Numbered from the stretch's first letter, positions 30,763-40,512 are shown. The stretch: 64,000 nt of DNA from Candidatus Thorarchaeota archaeon (GCA_016840855.1 JAEORO010000060.1:1-64000), one strand, 5' to 3'. A program made the numbers and translations. The notes: a model not told the origin generated them from the sequence alone.

Positions 30763-31194
30763 ATGTCTGAGGTCGCAGCAATGAGAGCATTCAACCGTGA
30801 GCTTGCAGCGGTTGTTGGAGCAACAGTTGAGGTAGTAATCAACACAGGCAAGACATATGCAGGTACCCTAAAAGGAATTGATCAAAACACTTTGAGTATT
30901 GTCCTCTCTGAAGTGGTAGCTGATGGTGAAACTAACATTCCAAAGATATTCATCTATGGGAGCAGTATAGTATCATTTTCGGTTGCAGAGAAAGAGGTCA
31001 GTCTTGAGGGGCTTGCGAAGGAGCTAGAGAAAACATTTCCACCTGGTGGAGTGCAGTTCTATCCTGATACAGGGATAATACTCGTCATGAACAAAATCCG
31101 TATCTCAAAGGATGGCATTGAGGGTAGTGGTCCTCTATATGAGCGAGTTGCAGTCATCGCAGATGACTGGTTAAAAGAACACGGTCTAGCATAG
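30763..31194 (+). CDS. Sm-like protein with C-terminal domain (SmAP3 type)
   Basis: Sm1 (GKTYAGTLKGID) and Sm2 (IFIYGSSI) motifs plus C-terminal FPPGGV...GSGPLYERV. Confidence 0.85.
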   Translation: MSEVAAMRAFNRELAAVVGATVEVVINTGKTYAGTLKGIDQNTLSIVLSEVVADGETNIPKIFIYGSSIVSFSVAEKEVSLEGLAKELEKTFPPGGVQFYPDTGIILVMNKIRISKDGIEGSGPLYERVAVIADDWLKEHGLA

Positions 31195-31300
31195 TAGTCA
31201 CTATGACCATATGAGCATGTGACCTAAGTGTATCTTTGAGTCAAAACTAGGTATAGCTAGAATTACCGCTGCGACATGAAACATTATTGAAGACTATTAA

Positions 31301-32560
31301 CTAGAGAAGTTTTCGGAGACCAAGTTCCTCAATATCTCTCTTCTTAACCTCTTTTTCTTTGGCTGGCTTTCTAGTTAATGTACGTTCTAAAGGTTTTAGA
31401 CGGTCTTCCCAAGACCTTTCTGTGGATTCAGGAATTTTACCGAAAGCGCGTGATCTTGCTTCCCTAGAACCAAGTGATGTCGTCTGAGAACTGATTATTC
31501 CATATTCTGCAAGACGTTTTGTTGTTGAAGTTAGAGTGCTCTCTTCTTTTGAGCGAGCTAGAAGCTGGGGACTCTTTACACCTGTGAGAATAAGCATCAC
31601 GCGAAGGATGCCACCAAGCCGGGGATCAACACGAGCCCCCCAGATAACATTGGCATCAGGACTCATTTTTTCAGATACGAGTTCTCCCACCTTGTTTGCT
31701 TCTGCGAGACTCATATCTGGACCTCCTGTGATATGAATCAGAGCGCCGGTTGATCCACTCCATTCCACTTCGAGAAGAGGACTGTTGAGAGCGTTCTTTA
31801 TAGCTGCATTAGCACGGTCTGCTCCAGTTGCTTCACCAAGTCCTACTAGTGCAACTCCACCATTACAGATTATTGAACGAACGTCAGCATAATCTAGATT
31901 GATCAGACTCGGCATGGTTATTGTTTCAGTTATGCCCTTTACCATATTCGCAAGAACCTCGTCTGCAACCCCGAATGCTTCCTCTAATGGAAGATCAGGG
32001 ACAAGCTCCATTAGTTTCTGATTATCAATAACAACTGCAGTATCAACATTTTCCTGCAAACGTGCCAAACCTGCTTTTGCCTTATCAATTCGAGTCCTTT
32101 CAAGATTGAAAGGCATAGTAATGACACCTACAACTATAGCATCATTGTTTTTCGCGATTTCTGCAACGACAGGTGCGCTTCCTGTACCAGTACCTCCACC
32201 CATCCCAGCAGCAATGAAGACTAAGTCAGCATCTCGTAGAAGCTCAGTCAGCTGCCCGGCTGATTCTTCTGCCGCGGCTTGCCCAACATGTGGGTATCCA
32301 CCAGCTCCTAAACCACGAGTAATTCTCTCACCAATCAGAAGCTTTCTGTGGGCAGTTGTGACTGCTAAGTGTTGGCGGTCTGTGTTAATAGCAATACATT
32401 CGGCACCTTGCACCCCTATTGTCATAAGGCGTTTTACTGTATTATTTCCAGCACCGCCGCATCCAACAACGACAATTCGAGCTTGGCCCATATCACGGAC
32501 TGTAGACATGCCTCGCTCTCCTCGACTGTGTTCCCGTGCAGCATCAATCAATGATTTCAT
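31301..32560 (-). CDS. ftsZ: Cell division GTPase FtsZ
   Basis: GCGGAGNN, GLGAGG, GMGGGTGTG, NLDYAD; start overlaps the upstream stop (TAATG). Confidence 0.96.
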   Translation of the reverse strand: MKSLIDAAREHSRGERGMSTVRDMGQARIVVVGCGGAGNNTVKRLMTIGVQGAECIAINTDRQHLAVTTAHRKLLIGERITRGLGAGGYPHVGQAAAEESAGQLTELLRDADLVFIAAGMGGGTGTGSAPVVAEIAKNNDAIVVGVITMPFNLERTRIDKAKAGLARLQENVDTAVVIDNQKLMELVPDLPLEEAFGVADEVLANMVKGITETITMPSLINLDYADVRSIICNGGVALVGLGEATGADRANAAIKNALNSPLLEVEWSGSTGALIHITGGPDMSLAEANKVGELVSEKMSPDANVIWGARVDPRLGGILRVMLILTGVKSPQLLARSKEESTLTSTTKRLAEYGIISSQTTSLGSREARSRAFGKIPESTERSWEDRLKPLERTLTRKPAKEKEVKKRDIEELGLRKLL

Positions 32561-32742
32561 TATCCTATTACCTCGCTCAGCTTTCCACTGATGTTCATGT
32601 TGCCATCCCATAACTCTCGTTTTAGCAGGTCACGGATGGCATTTCGAATGGCTTCTGATCTGTTGGGATAGAGACCTTTGTCAACAAGACTTTGAATGTC
32701 CTCAACAATCTTTTCCGGCAAATGTACTGCTATGAGACGCAT
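32560..32742 (-). CDS. Ribbon-helix-helix regulator (CdrS-like)
   Basis: MRLIAVHLPE...LV..GLYPNRSEAIR.AIRDLL; directly upstream of ftsZ. Confidence 0.88.
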   Translation of the reverse strand: MRLIAVHLPEKIVEDIQSLVDKGLYPNRSEAIRNAIRDLLKRELWDGNMNISGKLSEVIG

Positions 32743-32869
32743 GTCTACTCCTCAGAATTGCTGAGGAATTAGTGAGATATGGTTCCTTGTAATACTCGGA
32801 TAAGTGTCTAATTTGAGTTGTAAAAAGAGAGAGAAGAGTGAGAGGGGACCTCTCGCCTCTTTGAACATT

Positions 32870-33592
32870 TTACTTGGTTTTGCGTCCGGTTCGTCTGGCG
32901 GCTATATTTCCAACCTTACGACCAGGTGGTGCATGTCTGCTAACAGTAGATGGTCTACCAGGTGACTGGTGAGAGCCACCACCATGCGGATGTGATGCTG
33001 CGTTCATTGCCGCACCTCGGACAACAGGCCACTTTCGAGCTTTTCCTCGAACATGATGCCATTTTGCACCAGCTTTCAGGAATGGTTTCTCTTGTCTACC
33101 ACCACCAGCCACGATACCAATTGTTGCACGGCATCTGGGACTGAAAGCTTTCTGTCTACCGCTTGGTAGTCTAACCATAGCCTTGGTCTTGTCGATTGAT
33201 ACTATTGTAGCAGCAAGACCAGATGATTTTACATATTTGCCTCCATCTCCGGGACTCCCTTCAATGTTATAGACAGGTGTTCCTTCAGGGATGTGTTCGA
33301 GTATCAATGTGTTACCATTCGCAAGTGTTGCATCATCGCCACATTCGATTATTTGACCAACCTGTGCTCCTTCAGGTGCCACCATGAAATGAACCTTGGT
33401 TTCTCCCTCGTATTTGATTTCTGCGAGGGGCGCGCCTCTTCCGGATTCATGATGAAGGTTTACAATAGTACCAATGTAGGTTTTACTTGGAGCCCACTTG
33501 GGATGTCTTGCTGGAGCTATCTTCTTGTGGCTTGGAGATCTCCACTGAGTAGTGCCACGACCTTTTCGTTGTACCAGAACTCGTTTACCCAT
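32870..33592 (-). CDS. rpl2: 50S ribosomal protein uL2
   Basis: MGKR...QRKGRG, RLPSG, VRGAAMN...HPHGGG. Confidence 0.97.
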   Translation of the reverse strand: MGKRVLVQRKGRGTTQWRSPSHKKIAPARHPKWAPSKTYIGTIVNLHHESGRGAPLAEIKYEGETKVHFMVAPEGAQVGQIIECGDDATLANGNTLILEHIPEGTPVYNIEGSPGDGGKYVKSSGLAATIVSIDKTKAMVRLPSGRQKAFSPRCRATIGIVAGGGRQEKPFLKAGAKWHHVRGKARKWPVVRGAAMNAASHPHGGGSHQSPGRPSTVSRHAPPGRKVGNIAARRTGRKTK

Positions 33593-33604
33593 TCACAAGC
33601 CTCC

Positions 33605-33868
33605 TTAGAATATCCCGAGGTTGGTTGCAACCTCGGCAGCACTGTACTCAGGCGCTAGTCTCACTAATGCCTTCTTTTGTCCGTTTGGCATTATGAGAGT
33701 GTTGACTTTCTCAACCACAACTTCGTAGAGGGTTTCAACTGCCCACTTGATTGTGTTTTTGTTTGCAGTTCGAACAACATAGAAGATGAGCTTGTTCTCT
33801 GCGTCCACAGCCTCAAGACTTGATTCTGTCACAACAGGACGAATAATGATTTCATTTGGATCTCTCAT
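33605..33868 (-). CDS. rpl23: 50S ribosomal protein uL23
   Basis: PVVTE, NKLIF.V...ANK..IK.AVE, KVNTL, KKALVRL. Confidence 0.95.
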   Translation of the reverse strand: MRDPNEIIIRPVVTESSLEAVDAENKLIFYVVRTANKNTIKWAVETLYEVVVEKVNTLIMPNGQKKALVRLAPEYSAAEVATNLGIF

Positions 33869-33878
33869 TTTTCTCACC

Positions 33879-34670
33879 TCAAGCGAACAGATTCTCCTTC
33901 TCGAGTCTGTCAATAGCAGATTTTGTCCAGACCACTAAACGGCCGGAATGCGTCCCAGGAGCAAGAAGTTCTGCATTTAACCCATGAACTTCAACAATAT
34001 CAACTCCAGGGAGGTTTCTTACAGCTTTTGCAATACCCAAGTCTGCACCCACAACGATGAGTGCTGATTTGGGAGTCTTCATCTTTCGACCTCGCATCTT
34101 ACCTTTACCAGCTCTGATACTGCGACCATCTCTGGCTCTATCTAAATCATCACTGAGACCTAGGAAAACCAGTGCTTCAAAAGCATCCTTTGTAGTTGTC
34201 AAAGACTCTAGCTTATCGTCTACAACCAATGGTATCTCAGGAACATTGTCAATCTTGTGACCTCTCGATTTGACGTGCTGTGGGTTTGCTGAGGCTGCAA
34301 TTGCTGAACGAATGGCAAGTCTATTCTCTTTCGAGTTGATCCGCTCAATGAGAACCTTTCTAGACTCTGGAGGATGAGCAACTCTTCCTCCTACTGTACC
34401 AGGTGCGAATCCAGCTTTGTTTGCTGCACCAGTCCCACTTCCTTTGATTCGAGGCACCCTTGACCTGCCGTGTCCAGTCTGCCAGCTTTGCGCTGTATTA
34501 CGTTTACCAGCAAGCTCGTCAACACCTTGGGGTTGATATCTCCGCGATTGGAGCGCTAAAACAGCCCTCTTAATCACATCTGGACGATAAGGCGTGTCAA
34601 ACTGTGCGGGAAGTTTGACTGATTCTTTAGTGGCTTTCCCCTTCAATGAATATGTCTTTACGTTCACCAT
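33879..34670 (-). CDS. rpl4: 50S ribosomal protein uL4
   Basis: RPDVIKRAV, GGRVAHPP, RAGKGKMRGR, LAPGTHSGRL. Confidence 0.96.
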   Translation of the reverse strand: MVNVKTYSLKGKATKESVKLPAQFDTPYRPDVIKRAVLALQSRRYQPQGVDELAGKRNTAQSWQTGHGRSRVPRIKGSGTGAANKAGFAPGTVGGRVAHPPESRKVLIERINSKENRLAIRSAIAASANPQHVKSRGHKIDNVPEIPLVVDDKLESLTTTKDAFEALVFLGLSDDLDRARDGRSIRAGKGKMRGRKMKTPKSALIVVGADLGIAKAVRNLPGVDIVEVHGLNAELLAPGTHSGRLVVWTKSAIDRLEKENLFA

Positions 34671-34685
34671 GATTATCAACCTCCA

Positions 34686-35693
34686 CTATTGCTTTGAAGC
34701 AGTGCTGATGTAGCTTACCTGAGTAGGTGTATCCACGTGTCCCTTCTTAGGACGAACAGCCAATCTCAGTCTCACTGGTCGCTTTATTGTACCAGGGATA
34801 GATCCATGTAGCATTAAGTAGTCGCCACGAATTATGCCGTAGTTGACAAACCCTCCGGAGGGGGTAATTTCCTCACCACGTTCACCCATCTTTAACACTT
34901 TATTGTTGAAACTAGTTCGGGTATGGAAACCTGTTTGTCCTGGTCGTGGTACGGTATATCTGATATTTGTAGGAGTCCATGGACCAATGCAACCGATGCC
35001 TCGCTTTGTTTTTCGAGACTTGTGTTGCAGTATTCTTACTCCCCATCGGCGTACTGGACCCTGAAAACCATGACCCTTTGTCACAGCTATGCTGTCTACA
35101 AGAATCCCTTCATTAAGGATATCTGCGACTCTAACATCAGTTCCAAGAATGCTCTGAGCGTATTCAAAAGCCTCCGTCACGCTAGATGCACCTACCTTGT
35201 ACTCTGTGATATCGGGCTTCTTCTTTGGTACTCCCGCAAGTCTTGGTTGAGTATGAACTAGCATTCGAATCTCAGATAGCTGGTCAAGTTTCTCCTCAAA
35301 CTCCTTCAGCTTCGCACTATGATCATACTCTTTCGGAAAAGGCATGGCTTTTCGAAGATCTTCTGATAGGTTCTCTGCAATGACTTCAATGGCTAGTCTA
35401 AGACCATATGGACTTGCTTCATAGCCACGGATTGAGAACGGTCTGATTGGCGGAGTATCTATGACTGTGACTGGAATCACAGTTTCCTGTCCCTTGAAAG
35501 GACTATTTGGACTATCGATTGTCATAACCGCATGTGTCATGCCTGCCTTGTAACCAACAAAACCAAGCAGTTTTGCGGAACTGCCCTCGTAGGAAGGCCA
35601 ATTCTTGATTCTGGGTACGAACTTTGATGCTCGTCCGCGAGGTAGGTATGCAAGACTTCCTCGTCTTGGAGCATTCTTCTTCCTATGTGCCAT
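34686..35693 (-). CDS. rpl3: 50S ribosomal protein uL3
   Basis: PRRGSLAYLPR, GYKAGMTH, TKGHGFQGPVRRWG, GGFVNYG. Confidence 0.97.
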   Translation of the reverse strand: MAHRKKNAPRRGSLAYLPRGRASKFVPRIKNWPSYEGSSAKLLGFVGYKAGMTHAVMTIDSPNSPFKGQETVIPVTVIDTPPIRPFSIRGYEASPYGLRLAIEVIAENLSEDLRKAMPFPKEYDHSAKLKEFEEKLDQLSEIRMLVHTQPRLAGVPKKKPDITEYKVGASSVTEAFEYAQSILGTDVRVADILNEGILVDSIAVTKGHGFQGPVRRWGVRILQHKSRKTKRGIGCIGPWTPTNIRYTVPRPGQTGFHTRTSFNNKVLKMGERGEEITPSGGFVNYGIIRGDYLMLHGSIPGTIKRPVRLRLAVRPKKGHVDTPTQVSYISTASKQ

Positions 35694-35704
35694 CTTGTGT
35701 CACC

Positions 35705-35780
35705 TGTAGTTTTGCAGCCATCGTGGTACCAAAATCATCACAAAATCGAATAATCACACCACTAAGCTATTCGTACTACA
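35705..35780 (-). promoter_or_regulatory. Candidate structured 5' leader of the rpl3 operon
   Basis: Nested stems UGUAGU/ACUACA, UAGCU/GGCUG and GUGGU/ACCAC on the - strand; encloses GUGAUGA; abuts SD AGGUGA. Confidence 0.45.
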
Positions 35781-35858
35781 CTGCGAGCCGACTCAAGGTG
35801 TGTTTTTAAAACTTATCCCTTGACCAAATAGGACCGACGAATGTACATCATATACGTG

Positions 35859-38225
35859 TCATATTCGTTTTTGTTCTGTCCGAGCGATGATCTCATTCTG
35901 TAAATCCTTGCCAATATTGACAAAGTAGTCGCTATAACCTGCCACTCTGACTATCAGATCTTGGTGGAGCTCAGGATTTTTCTGAGCAGACTTTAGTGTA
36001 TCAACATGAACTACATTGAATTGTATGTGATGTCCGCCTAATTTGAAGTAGGTCCGTACGAGGTCTCCAAGCTTTTTCCTGCCCTCTGTATCAGCTAATA
36101 CTTCAGGCATGAACTTCTGATTAAGGAGAGTTCCTCCGGTTTTCCAGTGGTCAATCTTAGCAACAGACTTGATGACAGCTGTAGGTCCATTTGTGTCAGC
36201 ACCATGACTGGGAGAGATACCATCAGAAAGCGGCGATCCAGCATTCCTGCCATTTGGAGTGGCGCCAGTCATTTGACCAAAGTAAATATGAACTGTCGTA
36301 GGAAGGAGATTGACCCGGTATTCGCCACCTTTTGTATTCGGACGCCCATCGATTAAGTCGAAGTAAGCATTGAAAATGTCTTTTGCAATTGCATCAGCAT
36401 AATCGTCATCATTACCAAACTTTGGGGTTTTAGTGAGGAGTATCATCCTCATAGCTTCGTTGTCCTTGAAGTCAGAATTTAGCCCATCAAGCAACTCTCT
36501 CATTGAGAAGTGCTTCTGTTCGAAGACGTGAAATTTGATAGCAGAGAGAGAATCTGTTATGGTACCCATTCCTACGCCTTGAATGTAAGTTGAGTTATAA
36601 CGTGGACCGCCATCATGATAGTCTTTTCCACGGGTAATGCAGTCATCAAATAACAATGACAGGAAGGGAGCAGGCATATACTCAGCATAAAGACGTTCAA
36701 TGATGTTGTTGCCTTTGATTTTCAAATTGATGAAGTACTCAAGCTGTTTCCTGTAGGCGGAGAACAACTCATCAAATGTCTTGAAACTTGTCGGGTCACC
36801 TGTTTCAATACTGACTTTCTCTCCGGTTCGAGGATCAGTTCCATTAAATAGAGTGATTTCTAGAATCTTTGGCCAATTACAGTAACCAGTTAAGATACAA
36901 CTCTCTTTGCCAAAGGCACTTATTGTCACACATCCACTGGGACCTCCAACACGAGCATCCTCTATGGCTTTTCCAGCTCTGAGAAACTCCTTAATTATTA
37001 CATCAGTGTTGAACATGGACGGTTGTCCAAAACCTTCCTTGACAACATCAACCGCACTCCTGAGAAATTGATCGGGATTATTCGTACTCAATTGGATACA
37101 AACACTTGGTTGGATGAGTCTCATCTCATTACAGACTTCCAAAATGAGATATGATAATTCATTCACACCATCTTTTCCATCGCGCGTTAATCCGCCAGTG
37201 TTAATCAAAGCAAAGTCTTGGTAAGTTCCACTCTGCTCTTCTGTGATTGAAACCTTAAGTGGGGCTGGTTGATTGTTGAATTTCACCCAGAAACATTGGA
37301 GCAGTTCTTTGGCAAAGTCATTTGTTAGACTTCCTTCTTCAACTTCTTTCTTATAGAATGGATATAGATTTTGGTCGAGCCTACCAGGATTGAAGCTATC
37401 CCAGACATTGAGCTCAGTTATCACGCCCAGATGAACAAACCAGTAGGATTGCAGTGCCTCCCAGAAGTCACGAGGTGCGTTTGCTGGAACATGTTGGCAG
37501 ATATCAGCGATGCGCAAGAGCTCTTTTTTCCGTACTTTGTCTGGCTCAGTTTCAGCTAGGTCGCGCACCATCTCTGCATGCCTTTGAGCAAATGATATCA
37601 TTGCATTTGCTGCAATCTCCATTGCCTTCAATTCTTGCTCTTTGCTGTATGCCTCAGAATCTCTGAAGTAGTCGAGCTCCTTCAGATGTTTGTTAATATC
37701 ATCAATGAAATCTAATAGTCCTCTATGGTATATCTTATCGTCGAGGATGGCGTGTCCTGGGGCACGCTGCTCCATGAACTCGGTGAAGACACCTGCGTCG
37801 AATGCTTTCATCCAACCATCTGACATGGCTGAAAATACTCGGTCACGCATAGTGCGACCATTCCAGAATGGTATAATCTCATCACGGTATGTATCTCTTG
37901 TGTCTTCGTCAGAGAGGAAAGGAGTTCGTTCACGCGAGTTGGCAATATCAAGATCCTTGAGGGAGTGGCAACAGAGTTCAGGATAGGTTGGTGTAGCCCT
38001 AGGAACGGGACCTCGTTCACCAACAATGAGTTCTCCATCATTAATGCAGATTGTCTTATTCTCTAGTATATGTTTGAATGCTAGTGCTCGAGCAACTGGA
38101 GTGGAAACTAAGTCTGCACCTCCACTTTGATAGAAGTCGGTGAGAAGCTCTGCCCTCTCAGTAGAGATATAGGGCTTTGTGCTTACACTCTGACTTCGAA
38201 GACGCTTCACTCTCTCGGACGGCAT
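35859..38225 (-). CDS. Glycyl radical enzyme, HypD (4-hydroxyproline dehydratase)-like clade
   Basis: FTEFMEQRAPGH, ELNVWDSFNPGRLDQ, SGTYQDFA, GGPSGCVT, LPTT.HIYFG, RVAGYS glycyl-radical loop. Confidence 0.88.
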   Translation of the reverse strand: MPSERVKRLRSQSVSTKPYISTERAELLTDFYQSGGADLVSTPVARALAFKHILENKTICINDGELIVGERGPVPRATPTYPELCCHSLKDLDIANSRERTPFLSDEDTRDTYRDEIIPFWNGRTMRDRVFSAMSDGWMKAFDAGVFTEFMEQRAPGHAILDDKIYHRGLLDFIDDINKHLKELDYFRDSEAYSKEQELKAMEIAANAMISFAQRHAEMVRDLAETEPDKVRKKELLRIADICQHVPANAPRDFWEALQSYWFVHLGVITELNVWDSFNPGRLDQNLYPFYKKEVEEGSLTNDFAKELLQCFWVKFNNQPAPLKVSITEEQSGTYQDFALINTGGLTRDGKDGVNELSYLILEVCNEMRLIQPSVCIQLSTNNPDQFLRSAVDVVKEGFGQPSMFNTDVIIKEFLRAGKAIEDARVGGPSGCVTISAFGKESCILTGYCNWPKILEITLFNGTDPRTGEKVSIETGDPTSFKTFDELFSAYRKQLEYFINLKIKGNNIIERLYAEYMPAPFLSLLFDDCITRGKDYHDGGPRYNSTYIQGVGMGTITDSLSAIKFHVFEQKHFSMRELLDGLNSDFKDNEAMRMILLTKTPKFGNDDDYADAIAKDIFNAYFDLIDGRPNTKGGEYRVNLLPTTVHIYFGQMTGATPNGRNAGSPLSDGISPSHGADTNGPTAVIKSVAKIDHWKTGGTLLNQKFMPEVLADTEGRKKLGDLVRTYFKLGGHHIQFNVVHVDTLKSAQKNPELHQDLIVRVAGYSDYFVNIGKDLQNEIIARTEQKRI

Positions 38226-38291
38226 TCATTAATCCTCATTATCAATTGTCTATCAGGTTTCTTCTATAAAGCTCACGCATGGCGAAAATAA

Positions 38292-39149
38292 TCATTTGTA
38301 AAATCCTGGTTTAGCCATCATTGTGCCCATAGACGCGTTCAACAAACCAAGACTCACAAACAATGCTTCTTCAAGACGAACAGTTTCGGTTCCTTGGTCA
38401 GGAATAGTGTTAACCCAGAAATCAATCAGGGATTTCAAAATCTCTCGCTCCTTCCCAAAAACCTCAAGGATTCCGTGACTAGGACCGCCAAATATCGCCA
38501 AGACTGACTGTGTACCCGCGATTGTTGATTTCAAATCTTTCTCAAGCTGATGGAAAAATGGTGCGTTTCGTGAAAATCCAATTCTGGTAGTATCATCGGA
38601 CTCTTCAAGGAGTTTTTCTAGATTGGTCACTCGCTCGACTTCAAATCCCCAATAATCGCTTACATCCTCTCGCTCGATTATTTCGAGAAGTGTCTGTGGT
38701 TTAGTCTTTAATACTTTGAACAGAACGGGGTCACGTTCGCTCAGAATTTTGGAATAATTGACAAGCTTGTCAAGTCCCAAGTCAATCTGTCCTGGTCTGA
38801 CTTGTAAACCCCATCTAATTGTACCTTCTTGAAGGTCGTTAATTTTAGTTTCTAGCGGATGACTTTTTGTTCTGAGAGGTGGAAGAAGACCTGCAAACTT
38901 GAGTGACTGAGACTTGGGAAATCTTTGTTTCCGCAGATATTGTGGAGTGTCCATGTATCTGAGAATCTTACTGAGAAGACCTGCATCCCGTTTCATGCCA
39001 TTGCTTAGTATTCCTGTTTCATAGATATACACAGTTTCAACACGAAAAACAGCCAAGGCACGAGCTAGAGAACCAGCCTTTTCGGTTTTTTGACGGAGAT
39101 CAGGGCAATCGGTTAACGAGGTATCAGGAATCGCAACTTCCAGAGTCAT
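38292..39149 (-). CDS. SPOUT-family RNA methyltransferase (COG2106-like)
   Basis: ARALAVFRV, TPQYLRK, AGLLPPL, NTIPDQGTETVRLEEA. Confidence 0.92.
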   Translation of the reverse strand: MTLEVAIPDTSLTDCPDLRQKTEKAGSLARALAVFRVETVYIYETGILSNGMKRDAGLLSKILRYMDTPQYLRKQRFPKSQSLKFAGLLPPLRTKSHPLETKINDLQEGTIRWGLQVRPGQIDLGLDKLVNYSKILSERDPVLFKVLKTKPQTLLEIIEREDVSDYWGFEVERVTNLEKLLEESDDTTRIGFSRNAPFFHQLEKDLKSTIAGTQSVLAIFGGPSHGILEVFGKEREILKSLIDFWVNTIPDQGTETVRLEEALFVSLGLLNASMGTMMAKPGFYK

Positions 39150-39161
39150 TCTCTTTTCCTC

Positions 39162-39593
39162 CTAGAGATCAAGGGTGAACCAAAGGGTCGTACGATTAGG
39201 CTCCTGAAGGATTTTCATGTCGGCATAGGTCATTGCTTTGACCTCTGTCCTTGTGTCATGCTTCTTGTGGTCAATATCCTCGCCCTGAACGTGGGCTTTT
39301 AGTAAGTCACCATCTAGGGTGGATTCAATTAGGTCTACATGAAACTTACAGTAGAATTGGTGATTGATGTCAATAAGTGCGATTAGTTCACCAATCCATT
39401 CTACTAAGAGCTCCTCAAGGTCCGCCCCCATGACTGAAATGGCAATAGTATCTTTTGGTTCCACAGTAGATGTATCAAGGATAACTTCGAATGTGGCAAT
39501 GGCTGCTTGTTCAAACGCCTCAATCAGATTTGGAGCCCAGCATTCAATCGTGATGTCAGCAGTATGGTCGTGAAATTTGAAACCGCGCTCCAA
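39162..39593 (-). CDS. Archease
   Basis: DHTAD, EVKAMTY, C-terminal LDL. Confidence 0.93.
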   Translation of the reverse strand: MERGFKFHDHTADITIECWAPNLIEAFEQAAIATFEVILDTSTVEPKDTIAISVMGADLEELLVEWIGELIALIDINHQFYCKFHVDLIESTLDGDLLKAHVQGEDIDHKKHDTRTEVKAMTYADMKILQEPNRTTLWFTLDL

Positions 39594-39664
39594 GAGTTTA
39601 GTTCACCTTCTCAGTCAACCACGACAAGAAGCTTAAAAGGCATTTCCAACGGTGGCAATGCTGA

Positions 39665-39814
39665 GCCGAGGTAGCCAAGCCCGGATTAAGGCGCCGGTCT
39701 TGAAAACCGGTTTCTTCGGAAACTGGGAAACAAGTTAACCGGTGTCCTATGGACGCGTGAGTTCAAGAGTTTCGTCGGTCCGACGAGATTGAACAAATCT
39801 CACCCTCGGCGCCA
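39665..39814 (+). tRNA. tRNA-Ser(UGA) with two introns: 37/38 (39705-39736) and 58/59 (39767-39796)
   Basis: GCCGAGG/CCTCGGC acceptor, G73, long variable arm GTCC-TAT-GGAC, central helices CTTG/CAAG and GTTC/GAAC, encoded CCA. Confidence 0.9.
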
Positions 39815-39910
39815 TTTTCTCAATGCCTAAATTCATATCCAGTCGTAGAAACTGTGGATAAGCCCTTTATTTAAGGCGGGCTACTTGTCAAATCCTGCAA
39901 GAGACGTTGG

Positions 39911-40468
39911 GTGACATTAATGCAGGAGTTAGATTTACAGACTATTTCGATAATAATAGCGGCAATGAGTGTCGTGATAGGAGTAATCATGAGTGTACTT
40001 TCTATTAGAAATTTAGCAAAGTCAAGACGCGCATCTATATTCTTGGATTTTCATAAACAGGCTGACCAAGAGTTCCTTGAGGATATGTTCGAAGTAGTGG
40101 GGGAGTGGAACTGGAGCGACTATGAACAGTTCATGGCAAAATATGGACCAACTGCAAATCGGAAGAATTGGGCAAAGTTCATCCACGTTAGCTCCTTTTT
40201 TGACTCGATGGGAAAGCTAATCGAAGACAAGATTACTGATGCAGAGATAATACCTGAAGCGATGGCAGTAATGACCATGGCATGGTGGGAGAAGATTGAA
40301 CCTATTCAGGCAGATATTGCAAAGCGTTGGAGATCATCAGAATCACTTGACTCCAGTAAGGTCCTATATCAAACTCTCAAAAAGCTTGGATACCATTCTC
40401 CAGTTCCACGTGAACAGAGAGAGCTTAATACTGATAGGGCTCTGACTGAACATTCTTCAGAGAGCTAG
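39911..40468 (+). CDS. Hypothetical protein with N-terminal TM anchor (DUF4760-like)
   Basis: One TM, then FF..MG.LI and WW.KI.P pattern. Confidence 0.65.
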   Translation: MTLMQELDLQTISIIIAAMSVVIGVIMSVLSIRNLAKSRRASIFLDFHKQADQEFLEDMFEVVGEWNWSDYEQFMAKYGPTANRKNWAKFIHVSSFFDSMGKLIEDKITDAEIIPEAMAVMTMAWWEKIEPIQADIAKRWRSSESLDSSKVLYQTLKKLGYHSPVPREQRELNTDRALTEHSSES

Positions 40469-40512
40469 AAGATGGAATAGATTCATGAAACCACCCAAAT
40501 TCACGCTCAACG

